A DNA stretch of 64,000 nt from contig CAWILD010000001.1 of NCBI GenBank assembly GCA_963836815.1, forward strand, positions 27,813 through 91,812. The letters are read 5' to 3'. The position numbers and the translations under genes were made by a program. This document shows, one piece after another, positions 27,969 to 38,732 of this stretch (positions are counted from its first letter, which is position 1; each line of letters begins with the position of its first letter). The stretch is from an uncultured Gemmatimonadales bacterium. Lineage in GTDB: Bacteria; Gemmatimonadota; Gemmatimonadetes; Gemmatimonadales; GWC2-71-9. Below the pieces are notes generated by a model. The model was not told where the DNA came from and searched no databases. It worked only from the letters and a program-made list of their open reading frames with translations.

Positions 27969-29246
27969 CCGGAGCTTTGCGGTCGTCGCGAGCCTGCTCT
28001 TCGCTCCGTCGGTCGCACACGCGGATACACCGTCGAAGCCGACCGGTTCCCGAACCGTCCACGTGGTGCGCGAGTTCTGGCACCTCGTCAACGACGTCCA
28101 TACCCTCGCCTCGGGCCAGGGCCAGGAGCCTCGGCCACGCCCCCAGGCGGTTCCCGCGGCCGGCGCGGACGGCCCCCGCATCTCGCTCAATGAACTGAGC
28201 GATCCCACAGAGGTCGAGAACCATCTCCGCAAGGCCGTGAGCCCCGAGGCTGGAAGACACCCGACTCACGGTGACGGACGGGTCGGCCCACCTCGGCGAC
28301 TACAGCGTCGGCTCCACCGAGACGCATACCGGACACCTGCTGGTGCTGCGCGGCGATGCGGACGTGTACGGGCGCCTGATGGGGAATGTCGTGACGGTCG
28401 AGGGCGACGTGATCCTGCATCCCGGCGGGCTGGTCTCGGGTGACATCCTCACGCTCGGCGGCGATGTGCGGGACATGGGAGGAGAGATCGGGGGCGAGGT
28501 GCGCACGCTCCGATCCACCACCGTACTCACTCCGGCGCCTGCGGCGGAGCCCGAGCCGAGCGCGATCGCGACGGTGGCCCGCCGGGCCGCGGGCGTCATC
28601 GGGGTGTTCCTCACCTTGAGCGCGCTTGGGATTCGGCCTGGTGATGTTCGGACGGCCCAATCTCGAGGTCGTCTCCGATACGGTCTCGCATTCCTTCGGT
28701 CGCGCCTTCGTGACCGGCCTGCTCGGCCAGATCTTGCTATTGCCGACCTTCGGCATGCTCATCGTCGGCCTGATCCTGAGCGTCGCCGGGATCCTGCTGC
28801 TCCCCTTCGCAGTCATCGTGTACGCCCTGCTCGTCATCGTCGGTGCCGTCGGCGGGTTCCTCGCCGTCGCGCACGCCATGGGCGAGACCTATACCCGGCG
28901 GCAGCTCGCGCTCGGTACACTGCTCGGCTCCCCGAACAGCTATCGCTATCTGCTGGTGGGACTCGCCGCCCTCGCGTCGCTCTGGTTCGCGTGGGCCATC
29001 TTCGGCTGGGTCCCGGTGGCCGGCGAGCTGATCCGGGGCGCGGCGTTTCTCGTCACCTGGCTGCTGGCGACCGCCGGATTCGGCGCGGCGCTCCTGAGCC
29101 GGGCGGGCGTGCGGGAGAACTTCGCGGGCCGCCTCATTCCACCCGAGGCGCTCACCGACGAGTACCTCTGGGCGACGCCCCAGTTCGGCGTGGCGGCGGC
29201 GCGCCGACCGGCCCCCGGCACGCGAACTCCCACCAAGGGGCTTTGA
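27955..29246 (+). pseudogene. secreted/membrane protein with bactofilin-like beta-helical repeats, two frame breaks
   Basis: Joined from three frames. It has a signal peptide (MRASSRSFAVVASLLFAPSVAHA), repeats (GHLLVLRGDADVYGRLMGNVVTVEGDVILHPGGLVSGDILTLGGDVRDMGGEIGGEV), then 4-5 TM helices (..GLLGQILLLPTFGMLIVGLILSVAGILLLPFAVIVYALLVIVGAV..). There is an extra base in a CCCC run at ~28243 and in a GGG run at ~28628. Confidence 0.6.
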
Positions 29247-30092
29247 CGGTGCGCGCAGTGGCGCTGGCCCTCGCCCTGGTCTTCGTGGGGGGGAGCGTGG
29301 CGGCGCAGAGCATGCGCCCCTTCACGACCTACCGGCAGCTTCACGGCGAGACCCGGTTGACGGCGGCGCTGGACTACGCGGCAGGATCGCTGCGTGTGGC
29401 ACCGGGCCGCCCCACCGAGCTCTACCGGATGGATGTCTCCTACGACGGCGACCGCTACGAGCCGATCAGCGACTTCGACGCCTCGCATGGTGCGGTGGCG
29501 CTCGGGCTCAAGGCCACGGGCAAGGGCGGGCTGCGCGTCGTCTCCCGCAACCAGCTCCGGCAAACGGCCAGCGTCACCTTTTCGCCTCGCGTGGACCTCG
29601 ACGTCGATCTCGCGCTGGGGGCGAGCGACGCCGACATCGAGCTGGGTGGCCTTCGGGTGGCGGGCTGGAAAGTCCAGACCGGCGCGAGCCAGGCGGTGGT
29701 CCGCTTCTCTCAGCCCAACGGCACGCGGTGCCGGTCCGGAGCGGTCAGCTGCCGGCGCGGCCGACCTCACCGTGCTCGGCCTCGGCAACAGCCGGTGCGA
29801 CCGGCTCGACTTCGAAGGTGGCATCGGGAAGATGACGCTCGATTTCGGCGGTACCTGGTCCGTGAGCTCGGACGTGGGAGTGAAGATGGCCGTCGGCGAG
29901 CTGGTTCTCCGCCTGCCTCGTCAGGTCGGCGTGCGCATCGCGCTGGACAAGTTCCTGGCGAGCTTCCAGCCGGCGGGCCTCGAGCAGCAGGGAACGCGCT
30001 ACGAGTCTGCCGGCTACGCCGAAGCGGAGCGCAAGCTGGACATCGCCGTGACGACGGCGGTGGGGGAGGTTCGGGTCGAGTGGGCGGACTGA
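29243..30092 (+). pseudogene. secreted beta-rich protein (DUF4097/LiaF toast-rack-like), one frame break
   Basis: TTG 29243 or GTG 29249 overlaps the upstream stop. Signal peptide, then repetitive strands (..VDLDVDLALGASDADIELGG.., ..MTLDFGGTWSVSSDVGVKMAVGELVLRLPRQVGVRIAL..). The frame changes between ~29730 and ~29752. Confidence 0.55.
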
Positions 30093-30102
30093 ACTGCGGG
30101 AA

Positions 30103-30173
30103 GCGTGAAGAGTGAAGGGTGAAGAGAGCCAGGAGCTCACGCCCCTTCACCCTTCACCCTTCACTCTTCACGC
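30103..30173. repeat. hairpin built from tandem heptamers (GTGAAGN)
   Basis: GCGTGAAGAGTGAAGGGTGAAG (30103-30124) pairs with CTTCACCCTTCACCCTTCACTCTTCACGC (30145-30173). It lies between the stop at 30092 and the ATG at 30190. Confidence 0.8.
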
Positions 30174-30189
30174 CCTTAAGTTCCCTCCC

Positions 30190-30801
30190 ATGTCTCCCCT
30201 CGAGACCCTCGGCTTCGCCCTCGGTACGTCGTTCGCCTCCGGGCTGAATCTCTACCTCACCGTAGCAGCCGCAGGGTTGTTCCAGCGGCTCGGGATCGTG
30301 CAGCTGCCGGAGTCGCTTCAGGTGCTGGCGCACCCCGTCGTGCTCGGTATCGCCCTCACGCTGTTCGTGGTGGAGTTCGTGGCCGACAAGGTGCCCTACG
30401 TGGACACCGTCTGGGACGCCGCCCACACTTTCATCCGCCCACCGGCCGCCGCGCTCCTGTCCTACAGCTCGTTCGCCGGCGAGGGGGTGCCCGAGGAGTG
30501 GAAGCTGGGAGCGGCTCTCCTCGCCGGCAGTGTGGCACTCACGTCCCACGGAGCCAAGGCCAGCACCCGGGCCGCCGCCAACGTCAGCCCCGAGCCGGTC
30601 AGCAACTGGACGCTGAGCCTGCTGGAGGACGGACTGGTGGTGTTCCTCGCATGGATGGCAGCGGAGCACCCGCTGATCACGGCGGGCATCGTGGTCGTGC
30701 TGGTGATCCTGGCCGTGCTGGTGATCTGGAAGCTGTTCTCGTTCTTTCGCAGTGCCCTGGAGAAGCTGCGCGGTCCGCCGGCTACCCCAGCCGCGCCCTG
30801 A
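30190..30801 (+). CDS. DUF4126-like integral membrane protein
   Basis: ATG 30190 (MSPLETLGFALGTSFASGLNLYLTVAAAG..). Several TM helices with ..EFVADKVPYVD... Confidence 0.7.
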   Translation: MSPLETLGFALGTSFASGLNLYLTVAAAGLFQRLGIVQLPESLQVLAHPVVLGIALTLFVVEFVADKVPYVDTVWDAAHTFIRPPAAALLSYSSFAGEGVPEEWKLGAALLAGSVALTSHGAKASTRAAANVSPEPVSNWTLSLLEDGLVVFLAWMAAEHPLITAGIVVVLVILAVLVIWKLFSFFRSALEKLRGPPATPAAP

Positions 30802-31541
30802 TCCGACTCCCCACACCCATCCCCAGGCGCCGAGCGGCGGACCCGTCGCGCACGGCGATCTCCACCGCACCGCCCGAGCCCACATAGGCGAGCAGCCCGC
30901 CGGTGGGAACATCTCCGTAGGTACGCCGCAGCGGCCCGATGTCGAGCCCCTCCACCTCGAGGACCGCGTAGGGCGGCACCAGATCCGGTGTCAGGTTGGT
31001 GACGAGCGTACCGAACCGATCCACGTACACGATCTCCCCGACGACCGATTTCCCCTCGTAGTGCGGCACGGTGTAGGCGAGCAGCTCCGGCGATCCCCCG
31101 AAACGGCGCACCCAGCCGGGAAATGGAGGTCCCGCACGCGAGTGCCGCCGCCACCGGGGCGAAGAGATCGCGCCCATGAAAGGTCGGGGCCGCGCTCGAG
31201 GGAACCGGCAGAACCACGACCTCGACCTCCCCGCTCCGGAGCGGCGAGGTCAGGATGCCGTTGTCGGGACCGACGAACCCATGGCCGCCGACCCGGACCG
31301 CCAGCGCACCGCGCTCGGTCCCGACGCCCGGATCCACGACGGCCAGATGCACCGTGCCCACCGGAAAGAGCTGCCAGGTGCGTCCCAGCAGATAGGCGGC
31401 GGAGCGGATGTCGCCCGGCGGGACGGAGTGGGAGATGTCCACCAGGGTCGCGTCGGGCGCGACCCGCAGGATGGAGGCCTTGACCTCGGCGACATACGAA
31501 TCCGTGGTGCCGAAGTCGGTCAGCAGCGTGATGAGCGGCAT
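30782..31541 (-). pseudogene. SAM hydroxide adenosyltransferase (DUF62, fluorinase/chlorinase-like) family, one frame break
   Basis: MPLITLLTDFGTTDSYVAEVKASIL..VVDPGVGTER..FHGRDLFAPVAA continues after a frame change (~31095-31105) as ..PELLAYTVPHYEGKSVVGEIVYVDRFGTLVTNL... Confidence 0.8.
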
Positions 31542-31557
31542 TCTTAAGGTAAACCGT

Positions 31558-32970
31558 TCACGCCTTCGCCTTCTCCCAGCGTCCCCAATGCCAGAGCGAC
31601 GTCAGCGCCGCCGCGCGCGCCATGGCGGTGATCGCGAGGATCCACCAGACGCCCAGCAGCCCGTAGTCCGGGGCCACCAGCGCCGCGAGCGGGATCCGGA
31701 TCGCACTGAGCACCACGACCGCGACCATGGTCCAGAAGGTGTACCCGGCCCCGGTCAGCGCGCCCTCGAGCACCGTCTCGAAGGCCATGGTGAACTGGGC
31801 CAGCGCGGCGGTGCGAAGGTAGAGCGACCCCGCGTGGATCACTTCGGGGTCGGATGTGAAGATGCCGACCAAGGTCTCGGGAATGAGCAGGAAGATGATC
31901 GCGAGCACCCCGCTCGGCACCGCGGCGATCCGGGCCGTGAGCCAGCCCGCTCCGCGCGCGCGGCGAGGGGAGCCGGCGCCCAGATTCTGCCCGACGAGCG
32001 TTTCTGCCGCCAGGCCGAACCCGATGCAGATCATGTAGCTCATGCCCTCGATCTTGTGCCCGACCCCGAGCGCTGCGATCGCCGGGGTGCCGAACGTCCC
32101 CACGACGCGGACCAGCAGCATGTAGATCACGCTGAAGAGCACGCCGGTCAGCATGGTCGGCAGCCCGATGCGGAGGATCGTCCTCGCCACCGCCGGCTTG
32201 AAGCCCAGCACGATCGCACCCCGCCGCCGCAGCAGCTCGAGACCGACGACGAAGCTGAGGCCGCGGGTGAGGACGGTCGCCAAGGCGGCACCGTAGACGC
32301 CGAGCGCGGGGACGGGGCCCCAGCCGAGGATCATCAGCGGGTCGAGGACCAGGTTGAGCAGCACGGAGCCGCCCAGCAGGTAGAACGGCGTGCGGGTGTC
32401 GCCGGCGCTCCGAAACGCGGCGGTGATGACGAAGTAGCCGTAGACCAGGAATGCGCCGATGAACTGAATGACGAGAAAGTCCCGGGCGAGCGCGGCGACC
32501 TCTCCTCGCGCGTTCATGAGCCGGAGGATCGCCGGCAGCCCCGCGACGCCCCCTGCGGCGACGACCGCGCCGAGCGTCATCGCCAGCACGAGGGCCGTGC
32601 CGGTGGCGCGGGCGGCTGCCAACGGATCACGCTCCCCATGCCGCCGGGCCGCCACGGCCGTAAGTCCCACCCCCACGAGCTCCCCGACCGAGACCAGCAC
32701 CCAGATGCTGTAGCTCGCGAGCGAGACCGCCGCCAGCGCGGTGGCGCCGAGCGTTCGGCCGACCCAGAAGGTATCGGTGACGTTGAAGAGGACCTGGAAG
32801 AGCGTAGTGCCGACGGCCGGCAGCGCCAGACGAAGGATCGCCGGCCGGAGTGGCCCCGAGGTTATGCCGGGATCGTGCGGCGGGGGAAGCGGCGGGCTGG
32901 CATCCTGGCGGTCGGCATACATCGCTGCCGGCGAAGGAAGTGAATCGCCGGCAGGGTCAGCGGAAGTCAA
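31558..32970 (-). CDS. MATE-family efflux transporter
   Basis: 470 aa, 12 TM, ..LALPAVGTTLFQVLFNVTDTFWVGR.. MatE repeats. Confidence 0.85.
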   Translation of the reverse strand: MTSADPAGDSLPSPAAMYADRQDASPPLPPPHDPGITSGPLRPAILRLALPAVGTTLFQVLFNVTDTFWVGRTLGATALAAVSLASYSIWVLVSVGELVGVGLTAVAARRHGERDPLAAARATGTALVLAMTLGAVVAAGGVAGLPAILRLMNARGEVAALARDFLVIQFIGAFLVYGYFVITAAFRSAGDTRTPFYLLGGSVLLNLVLDPLMILGWGPVPALGVYGAALATVLTRGLSFVVGLELLRRRGAIVLGFKPAVARTILRIGLPTMLTGVLFSVIYMLLVRVVGTFGTPAIAALGVGHKIEGMSYMICIGFGLAAETLVGQNLGAGSPRRARGAGWLTARIAAVPSGVLAIIFLLIPETLVGIFTSDPEVIHAGSLYLRTAALAQFTMAFETVLEGALTGAGYTFWTMVAVVVLSAIRIPLAALVAPDYGLLGVWWILAITAMARAAALTSLWHWGRWEKAKA

Positions 32971-34037
32971 CCGCGCAGGATCGGCAGGGCGACGGACGGG
33001 CCGGCCGTCTTCTGCTGCAGCTGGTCGGCGATCTGGCGAAGGACTGCGGCTGCCGGACTGTTAGGCTGGGCCACCACGGCGGGCCGGCCCTCGTCGGCCA
33101 GCTCGGCGAGCTGCGGCTGTAGCGGGATGCTGCCCAGCAGCGGAACGCCGAGCTCGTCGGCGAGGCGCTGTCCGCCGCCGGAGGAGAAGAGCTCGAAGCG
33201 GCGCCCGGTCTCCGGGTCCACGAACGCGCTCATGTTCTCGACTACGCCGATCACGGGGACGCTCACGCGCTCGAACATGCGCCCGCCGCGCAGCGCGTCG
33301 CCCACCGCCACTTCCTGGGGGGTCGTCACGATGACGGCGCCGGACACCTGGGTGGCCTGCACCAGGGAGAGCTGCGCGTCACCGGTGCCGGGCGGCAGAT
33401 CCACGATGAAGTAGTCGAGCTGGCCCCAGTCCACATCGCGAAGAAACTGCTGGACGATCTTCATGATGATCGGCCCGCGCCAGATCGCCGGGGCGTCCCG
33501 CTCGACGAGGAAGCCGAGCGACATGAGCCGGACGCCGTGGGCCTCGAGCGGCTGGATCCTGCCGCCGAGCACCGGAGGCCGCTCGAACACGCCGAACATC
33601 CGGGGGATGTTGGGCCCGTAGACGTCCGCGTCCATCACGCCGACCCGATGGCCGGCTTCGGCCAGCGCGATCGCGAGGTTGGCCGCGACCGTGGACTTGC
33701 CGACGCCGCCCTTGCCCGACGAGATCGCGATGATGCGGCCGAGATTGGGCTGATCCGTGGGCGGGCCGTGGGTCACCTGGGCCGGTCCGCTCGGATTGCT
33801 GACCGAGATCTTGACCGCGTCCTTCTTGACCCCCTCGACGCCCTGCACCGCCGCCCGAGCCTGCCGCACCAGGGTCGCGGGGTCTTCGGGCGAGAGCAGG
33901 AACGTGAAGCTCACGCTCCCGTCCTCGCGCACCGCCAGGTCCCGGATCATGCCCGCGGAGAGGAGATCGTTGTCGAGTCGGGGATTGCGAATGGCGGCGA
34001 GCGCGGCCGTCACCCGGCCTTCGAGGGACTCCGCCAC
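32967..34037 (-). CDS. apbC: Mrp/ApbC Fe-S cluster carrier ATPase
   Basis: GTG 34037 overlaps the nifU-like stop by 1 nt. N-terminal DUF59-like part, deviant Walker A SGKGGVGKST, and ..DLPPGTGD... Confidence 0.9.
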   Translation of the reverse strand: MAESLEGRVTAALAAIRNPRLDNDLLSAGMIRDLAVREDGSVSFTFLLSPEDPATLVRQARAAVQGVEGVKKDAVKISVSNPSGPAQVTHGPPTDQPNLGRIIAISSGKGGVGKSTVAANLAIALAEAGHRVGVMDADVYGPNIPRMFGVFERPPVLGGRIQPLEAHGVRLMSLGFLVERDAPAIWRGPIIMKIVQQFLRDVDWGQLDYFIVDLPPGTGDAQLSLVQATQVSGAVIVTTPQEVAVGDALRGGRMFERVSVPVIGVVENMSAFVDPETGRRFELFSSGGGQRLADELGVPLLGSIPLQPQLAELADEGRPAVVAQPNSPAAAVLRQIADQLQQKTAGPSVALPILRG

Positions 34038-34267
34038 TAGACCGCCTGCACCTGTTTCACTTCGGGGACCATCTCGCGCAGGCGGCTCTCGATGCCCTGC
34101 TTGAGCGTGATGGTGGATGCGGCGCATCCATGGCAGGTCCCGCCCAGGCGCAGCAGGAGCACGCCCTCGCCCTCATCGAAGTCCACGACCTCGACGTGCC
34201 CCCGGTGGGAGGCGATGTAGGGACGGAGCGTGTCCAGGGTGCGTTCGATACGATCAATGGTGTCCAT
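34037..34267 (-). CDS. NifU-like (Nfu C-terminal domain) Fe-S assembly protein
   Basis: 76 aa, ..LRLGGTCHGCAASTITLKQGIE.. (CxxC). Confidence 0.85.
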   Translation of the reverse strand: MDTIDRIERTLDTLRPYIASHRGHVEVVDFDEGEGVLLLRLGGTCHGCAASTITLKQGIESRLREMVPEVKQVQAV

Positions 34268-34329
34268 GCGTCACCGGCCGGGAATTCCTACCTCGGGATT
34301 CGGGAATATACGGCGCCCAAATCGGAGGT

Positions 34330-35369
34330 TCAACCGCGGCCGTCCGGGTGCACCCCGTTGGGGCCAAGGTATGCGCGGGCCGCCGCCAGCACGGTGGCCT
34401 GGACCTCCGCGAGCGACCCGGCGAGCGCCAGACCGGCCGCCTTGGTGTGTCCGCCCCCGCCGAAGCGCTTGGCGAAGGCGGCCACATCCACGTCTGCCCA
34501 CCGATCGCAGCGATACCTTCACCCGGCCCTGACTCACCTCGCGGAACAGGAGGGCCATGCGCACGCCCTCGATCGAGCGGGGGAATTCCACCACGCCTTC
34601 GAGATCGTCGGAGGAGACGCCGAGCCGCTCGATGGCGCCGGGCGGCACGGTGACCCAGGCCAGTCCGTGCTGCGGCTCGACCACGAGCGTCTGCAGCGCT
34701 TCGGCGAACAGGCGCGGCCGTCCTTCCGGCGCGCGGGCGTACACCTCGAGGTAGATCTCCTCCGGATCCACGCCTGCCTCGAGCAGCTCCGCGGCGATAC
34801 GCAGCGTGCGAGGCCTGGTGTTGCTGAACCGGAAGCCGCCGGTGTCGGTCACCAGGGCGACGTAGAGTCCCCGCGCCGCCGCTTGCGGCATCTCCCAGCC
34901 GTTGGCGACGGCGAGCTCGAAGATCGAGCTCGCCGGTCGCCGCGGCCTCGGGATCGAGATAGCGCGGGCCCGGTGGCAGCACGCCGGTGCTCACATGGTG
35001 ATCCACGCAGGCCACAGGCACGCCGCGATCGCGAACGGTCTCGCTGAGCATGCCGAGGCGGCCCAGGTCGCAGATGTCGAGCACGGCGATCACGTCCGCC
35101 CGGCGCAGCTCCTTGACCGCCTCCGGCGTGCGATCGATTCCGGGAAGGTCGTCGAACAGAAAGTTGAATCGTGTCGGCGTCGGCGTCGGGTTGGTGATGA
35201 CCGCGTCCACTCCGCGGGCCCGCAGGAGATGCACCAGGCCCGCCTCGCTTCCGAGACCGTCGCCGTCGGGATTCACGTGGGTGGTGAGGCAGACCCGCTG
35301 GCCGGGGCGCAGCACCTCGGCGAAGGCCCGGGCGGCAGCGATTTTTTCGGGGGGAAGAGAGAACGGCAT
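34330..35369 (-). pseudogene. nrnA: DHH/DHHA1 phosphoesterase (NrnA-like oligoribonuclease/pAp phosphatase), two frame breaks
   Basis: HVNPDGDGLGS, ..ACVDHHVS.. and a DHHA1 tail ..GGGGHTKAAG... Three frames: 35369-~34926, ~34924-~34496, ~34494-34330 (stop TGA 34330-34332). Confidence 0.8.
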
Positions 35370-35462
35370 GGGGCCAAGATAATACGGTGGGGACCGGCGG
35401 CGATTGTAAGCTGGGTCACCTACGGCGGAACGGCGCTACGGCGCGCGCAGATGTGAAACGAC

Positions 35463-35534
35463 GTCATCCCGAGCGCAGCGAGGGACCTTCTCGAGAAGGT
35501 CCCTCGCTCGCTTCGCTGCCTCGGGATGATGTAC
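35463..35534. repeat. REP/MITE-like palindromic element, copy 3 (short form, no spacer)
   Basis: GTCATCCCGAGCGCAGCGAGGGACCTTCTC (35463-35492) is followed directly by GAGAAGGTCCCTCGCTCGCTTCGCTGCCTCGGGATGATGTAC (35493-35534). Confidence 0.85.
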
Positions 35535-35550
35535 CCGACCTCTCGCCGTC

Positions 35551-37034
35551 CTACCTCGCCATCAACCCAACCTTCGAATGCCGGCGGCCGTAGAGGAAAT
35601 AGATCGCCAGGCCGAGCGCCATCCAGATGATGAGTCGGGCCCAGGTGTCCACCGGGAGACCCGCCATCAGATAGACGCAGGCCACGATGCCGAGGATCGG
35701 AACCAGCGGCACCAGCGGCGTCCGGAACGGGCGCGGCCGTTCGGGGTCGGTGTACCGGAGCACGAGCACCCCGGCGCACACGATGGCGAAGGCGAGCAGG
35801 GTCCCGATGGAGACCAGCTCGCCCAGCAGGCCGATCGGCAGCAGCCCGGCGAACACCATGGCCAGCACGCCGGTGACCGCACTCGCGAGCCAGGGCGTGC
35901 GGAACCTGGGATGCACCGCGCTGAAGATCGGGGGCAGGAGCCCGTCCTTCGACATGGTGTAGAAGATGCGCGGCTGCCCGAGCAGCATGACCAGGATGAC
36001 CGAGGAGAGACCCGCGATCGCGCCGATCTTCACCACCGGACGCAGCCACGCCAGCCCGGCGCCGGCCTCGTTGATGCCGACGGCGATCGGGTCGGGCACG
36101 TTGAGCTTGGTGTAGTTGACGATGCCGGTGAGCACCAGCGCCACGGCGATGTAGAGCACGGTGCAGATGGCCAGCGAGCCGAGGATGCCGATCGGCATGT
36201 CCCGCTGCGGGTTCTTGGTTTCCTGCGCGGCCGTGGACACGGCGTCGAATCCGATGTAGGCGAAGAAGATCACCCCCGCCCCGCGGACGATCCCGTCCCA
36301 GCCGTACTTGCCCGTCGCCCGCCGGCGGCGGAATGAACGGCTCCCAGTTCTCCCGGTTGATGTAGGCGCATGCCGAAGGCGATGAACAGCAGCACCACGG
36401 TGAGCTTGATGACCACGATGATGTTGTTGAACGTCGCCGACTCGCTGATGCCGACGATGAGCAGGATGGTGATGACCGCGACGATGAACATCGCCGGCAC
36501 GTTGAGGACCGCGCCGGTGCTGCTCCATCCCTCGGTGAACAGCCGCCAGACGTTGAGCCCGGCGTCGGGCGGCGCCACGTGGGTGTAGGGCGCGGAGGTG
36601 TACTCCGGCGGGATGTCGATCCCCAGGTCCCGCAGGAACGAGACGACGTAGCCCGACCAGCCCACCGCCACCGTGGAGGCGGCGAAGAGATACTCGAGGA
36701 TGAGGTCCCAGCCGATGATCCAGGCCAAGAGCTCGCCCAGGGTCGCGTAGCCGTAGGTGTAGGCCGAGCCGGCGATCGGGATCATGGCGGCGAATTCGGC
36801 GTAGCAGAGGCCCGCGAAGGCGCACGCCAGGCCGGCGAGGATGAACGAGTAGACGATCGCCGGGCCGGCGTAGTTGGCGGCCGCCTGACCCGTCAGCACG
36901 AAGATGCCGGCGCCGATGATCGCCCCGATGCCGAGGGTCACCAGGTTCACCGGGCCGAGCGCGCGTTTGAGGCTGTGGTCCTGAGCCACCTCGGCCTGGA
37001 GCGCGGACAGATCCTTGCGACGGAACAGACTCAT
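35551..37034 (-). pseudogene. APC-superfamily amino-acid permease (CAT-like), two frame breaks
   Basis: ATG 37034. ..[15 protein letters not shown].. and ..[25 protein letters not shown]... Two extra bases ~45 nt apart (~36368 and ~36320). Confidence 0.85.
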
Positions 37035-37164
37035 GCGAACCTCGACCTTGTGGGTGAGCGGCGAGCCATGACTATCGAGAATCGGCGGACGGCGGACGGC
37101 AGACGGCGCGACGACAGCCACGCTACACGTAGAAACGCCTACCGTCGCCGACCGTCGTCCTGCT

Positions 37165-38622
37165 TCAGGCGCTGTAGTTCGGTGCTTCCCGCGTAATGGT
37201 GACGTCGTGCGGGTGAGACTCCCGCAGACCCGCCGAGGTGATCTGGATCAACTCGACGTCGCACTGCAGTTGCGGGATGGACGCCACCCCGCAGTACCCC
37301 ATGCCGCTGCGCAACCCGCCCACCATCTGGAACAGGACGTCCGCCACCGGCCCCTTGTAGGGCACCCGGCCCTCGATTCCTTCGGGGACGAGCTTGGAGG
37401 GCGCCATTTCACCTTCCTGGAAGTACCGGTCGGCGGACCCGTCCTGCATGGCGGAGAGGCTGCCCATCCCACGGATCATCTTGAAACGCCGGCCTTCTGC
37501 CAGAACGGACTCGCCGGGGCTCTCCTCGGTGCCGGCCAGCATGGAGCCCATCATGACGCTCGAGGCGCCGGCCGACAGCGCCTTGACGATATCTCCCGAG
37601 TATTTGATTCCGCCGTCGGCGATGATCGGGACGTCCTCGGCTCCGCGGAGCGCATCCATCACCGCGGTCACCTGGGGGACACCCACCCCGGTCACGACGC
37701 GCGTGGTGCAGATGCTCCCCGGGCCGATGCCTACCTTGATGGCGTCCACGCCCCGGCTGACCATTTCGCGCGCCCCGGCCTCGGTGGCGATGTTGCCCGC
37801 CACGAGCTGTACGTCGGGAAACGCCTCACGGATCTGCGACACGGTCCGCAGCACCCCCTCGCTGTGCCCGTGAGCGGAATCCACCACGATCACGTCCACG
37901 CCCGCGTCCACCAGGCTCTTCGCGCGGCCGGAGGCGTCGGAGCCACCGCCGACGGCGGCGGCCACGCGCAGCCGGCCGTGCTGGTCCTTGTTGGCGTCGG
38001 GATGCTCGCGGCGCTTGAAGATGTCCTTGACGGTGATCAGGCCCTTCAGCACGCCCTTGGCGTCCACGACCGGCAGCTTCTCGATCCGGTGCTGGGCCAG
38101 GATCCGCTCCGCGTCGTCGAGGCTGGTGCCGACCGGGGCGGTCACCAGCTTCTCGTGCGTCATCGCGGCCTTGATCGGCTGGTCGAGATTCCGCTCGAAC
38201 TGGAGGTCGCGGTTGGTGATGATGCCGATCAGCCGGCCCTGGCCGTCCACGATGGGCACGCCGGAGATCTTGAACCGGCGCATGAGCGACAGTGCCTCGC
38301 GCAGCGGCCGCTCCGGCCCCAGCGTGATCGGGTTCAGGATCATCCCGCTCTCGCTCCGCTTCACCCGGTCCACCTCGGCCGCCTGCCGCTCGACCGACAT
38401 GTTCTTGTGCAGGACCCCGATGCCGCCGGCCCGCGCCATCGCGATGGCCATGTCGGCCTCGGTGACGGTGTCCATGGCGGCGGAGACGAGCGGGATGTTG
38501 AGGGGGATGGTGCGGGTGAAGCGGGTGGCGGTCGAGACGTCGCGCGGATGGACGGCCGAGTACCGCGGCACGAGGAGGACGTCGTCGAAGGTGAGCCCGG
38601 GCTTGGGGCGAATGACGGTCAT
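37165..38622 (-). CDS. guaB: IMP dehydrogenase
   Basis: ATG 38622 ([19 protein letters not shown]..), a CBS pair, catalytic ..[11 protein letters not shown].., 485 aa. The upstream 208 codons of track ORF 37165..39246 are spurious. Confidence 0.95.
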   Translation of the reverse strand: MTVIRPKPGLTFDDVLLVPRYSAVHPRDVSTATRFTRTIPLNIPLVSAAMDTVTEADMAIAMARAGGIGVLHKNMSVERQAAEVDRVKRSESGMILNPITLGPERPLREALSLMRRFKISGVPIVDGQGRLIGIITNRDLQFERNLDQPIKAAMTHEKLVTAPVGTSLDDAERILAQHRIEKLPVVDAKGVLKGLITVKDIFKRREHPDANKDQHGRLRVAAAVGGGSDASGRAKSLVDAGVDVIVVDSAHGHSEGVLRTVSQIREAFPDVQLVAGNIATEAGAREMVSRGVDAIKVGIGPGSICTTRVVTGVGVPQVTAVMDALRGAEDVPIIADGGIKYSGDIVKALSAGASSVMMGSMLAGTEESPGESVLAEGRRFKMIRGMGSLSAMQDGSADRYFQEGEMAPSKLVPEGIEGRVPYKGPVADVLFQMVGGLRSGMGYCGVASIPQLQCDVELIQITSAGLRESHPHDVTITREAPNYSA

Positions 38623-38732
38623 GCGCTCGGGGACCCCCGATACACGAAGGCCCGCCGGAGCCCGGGGCAGGCGGTCGGCAGGCCAGGAGTAACTTGATCC
38701 ATCTCGAAGACTAGGCGGCGGTTCCAGGGAAA

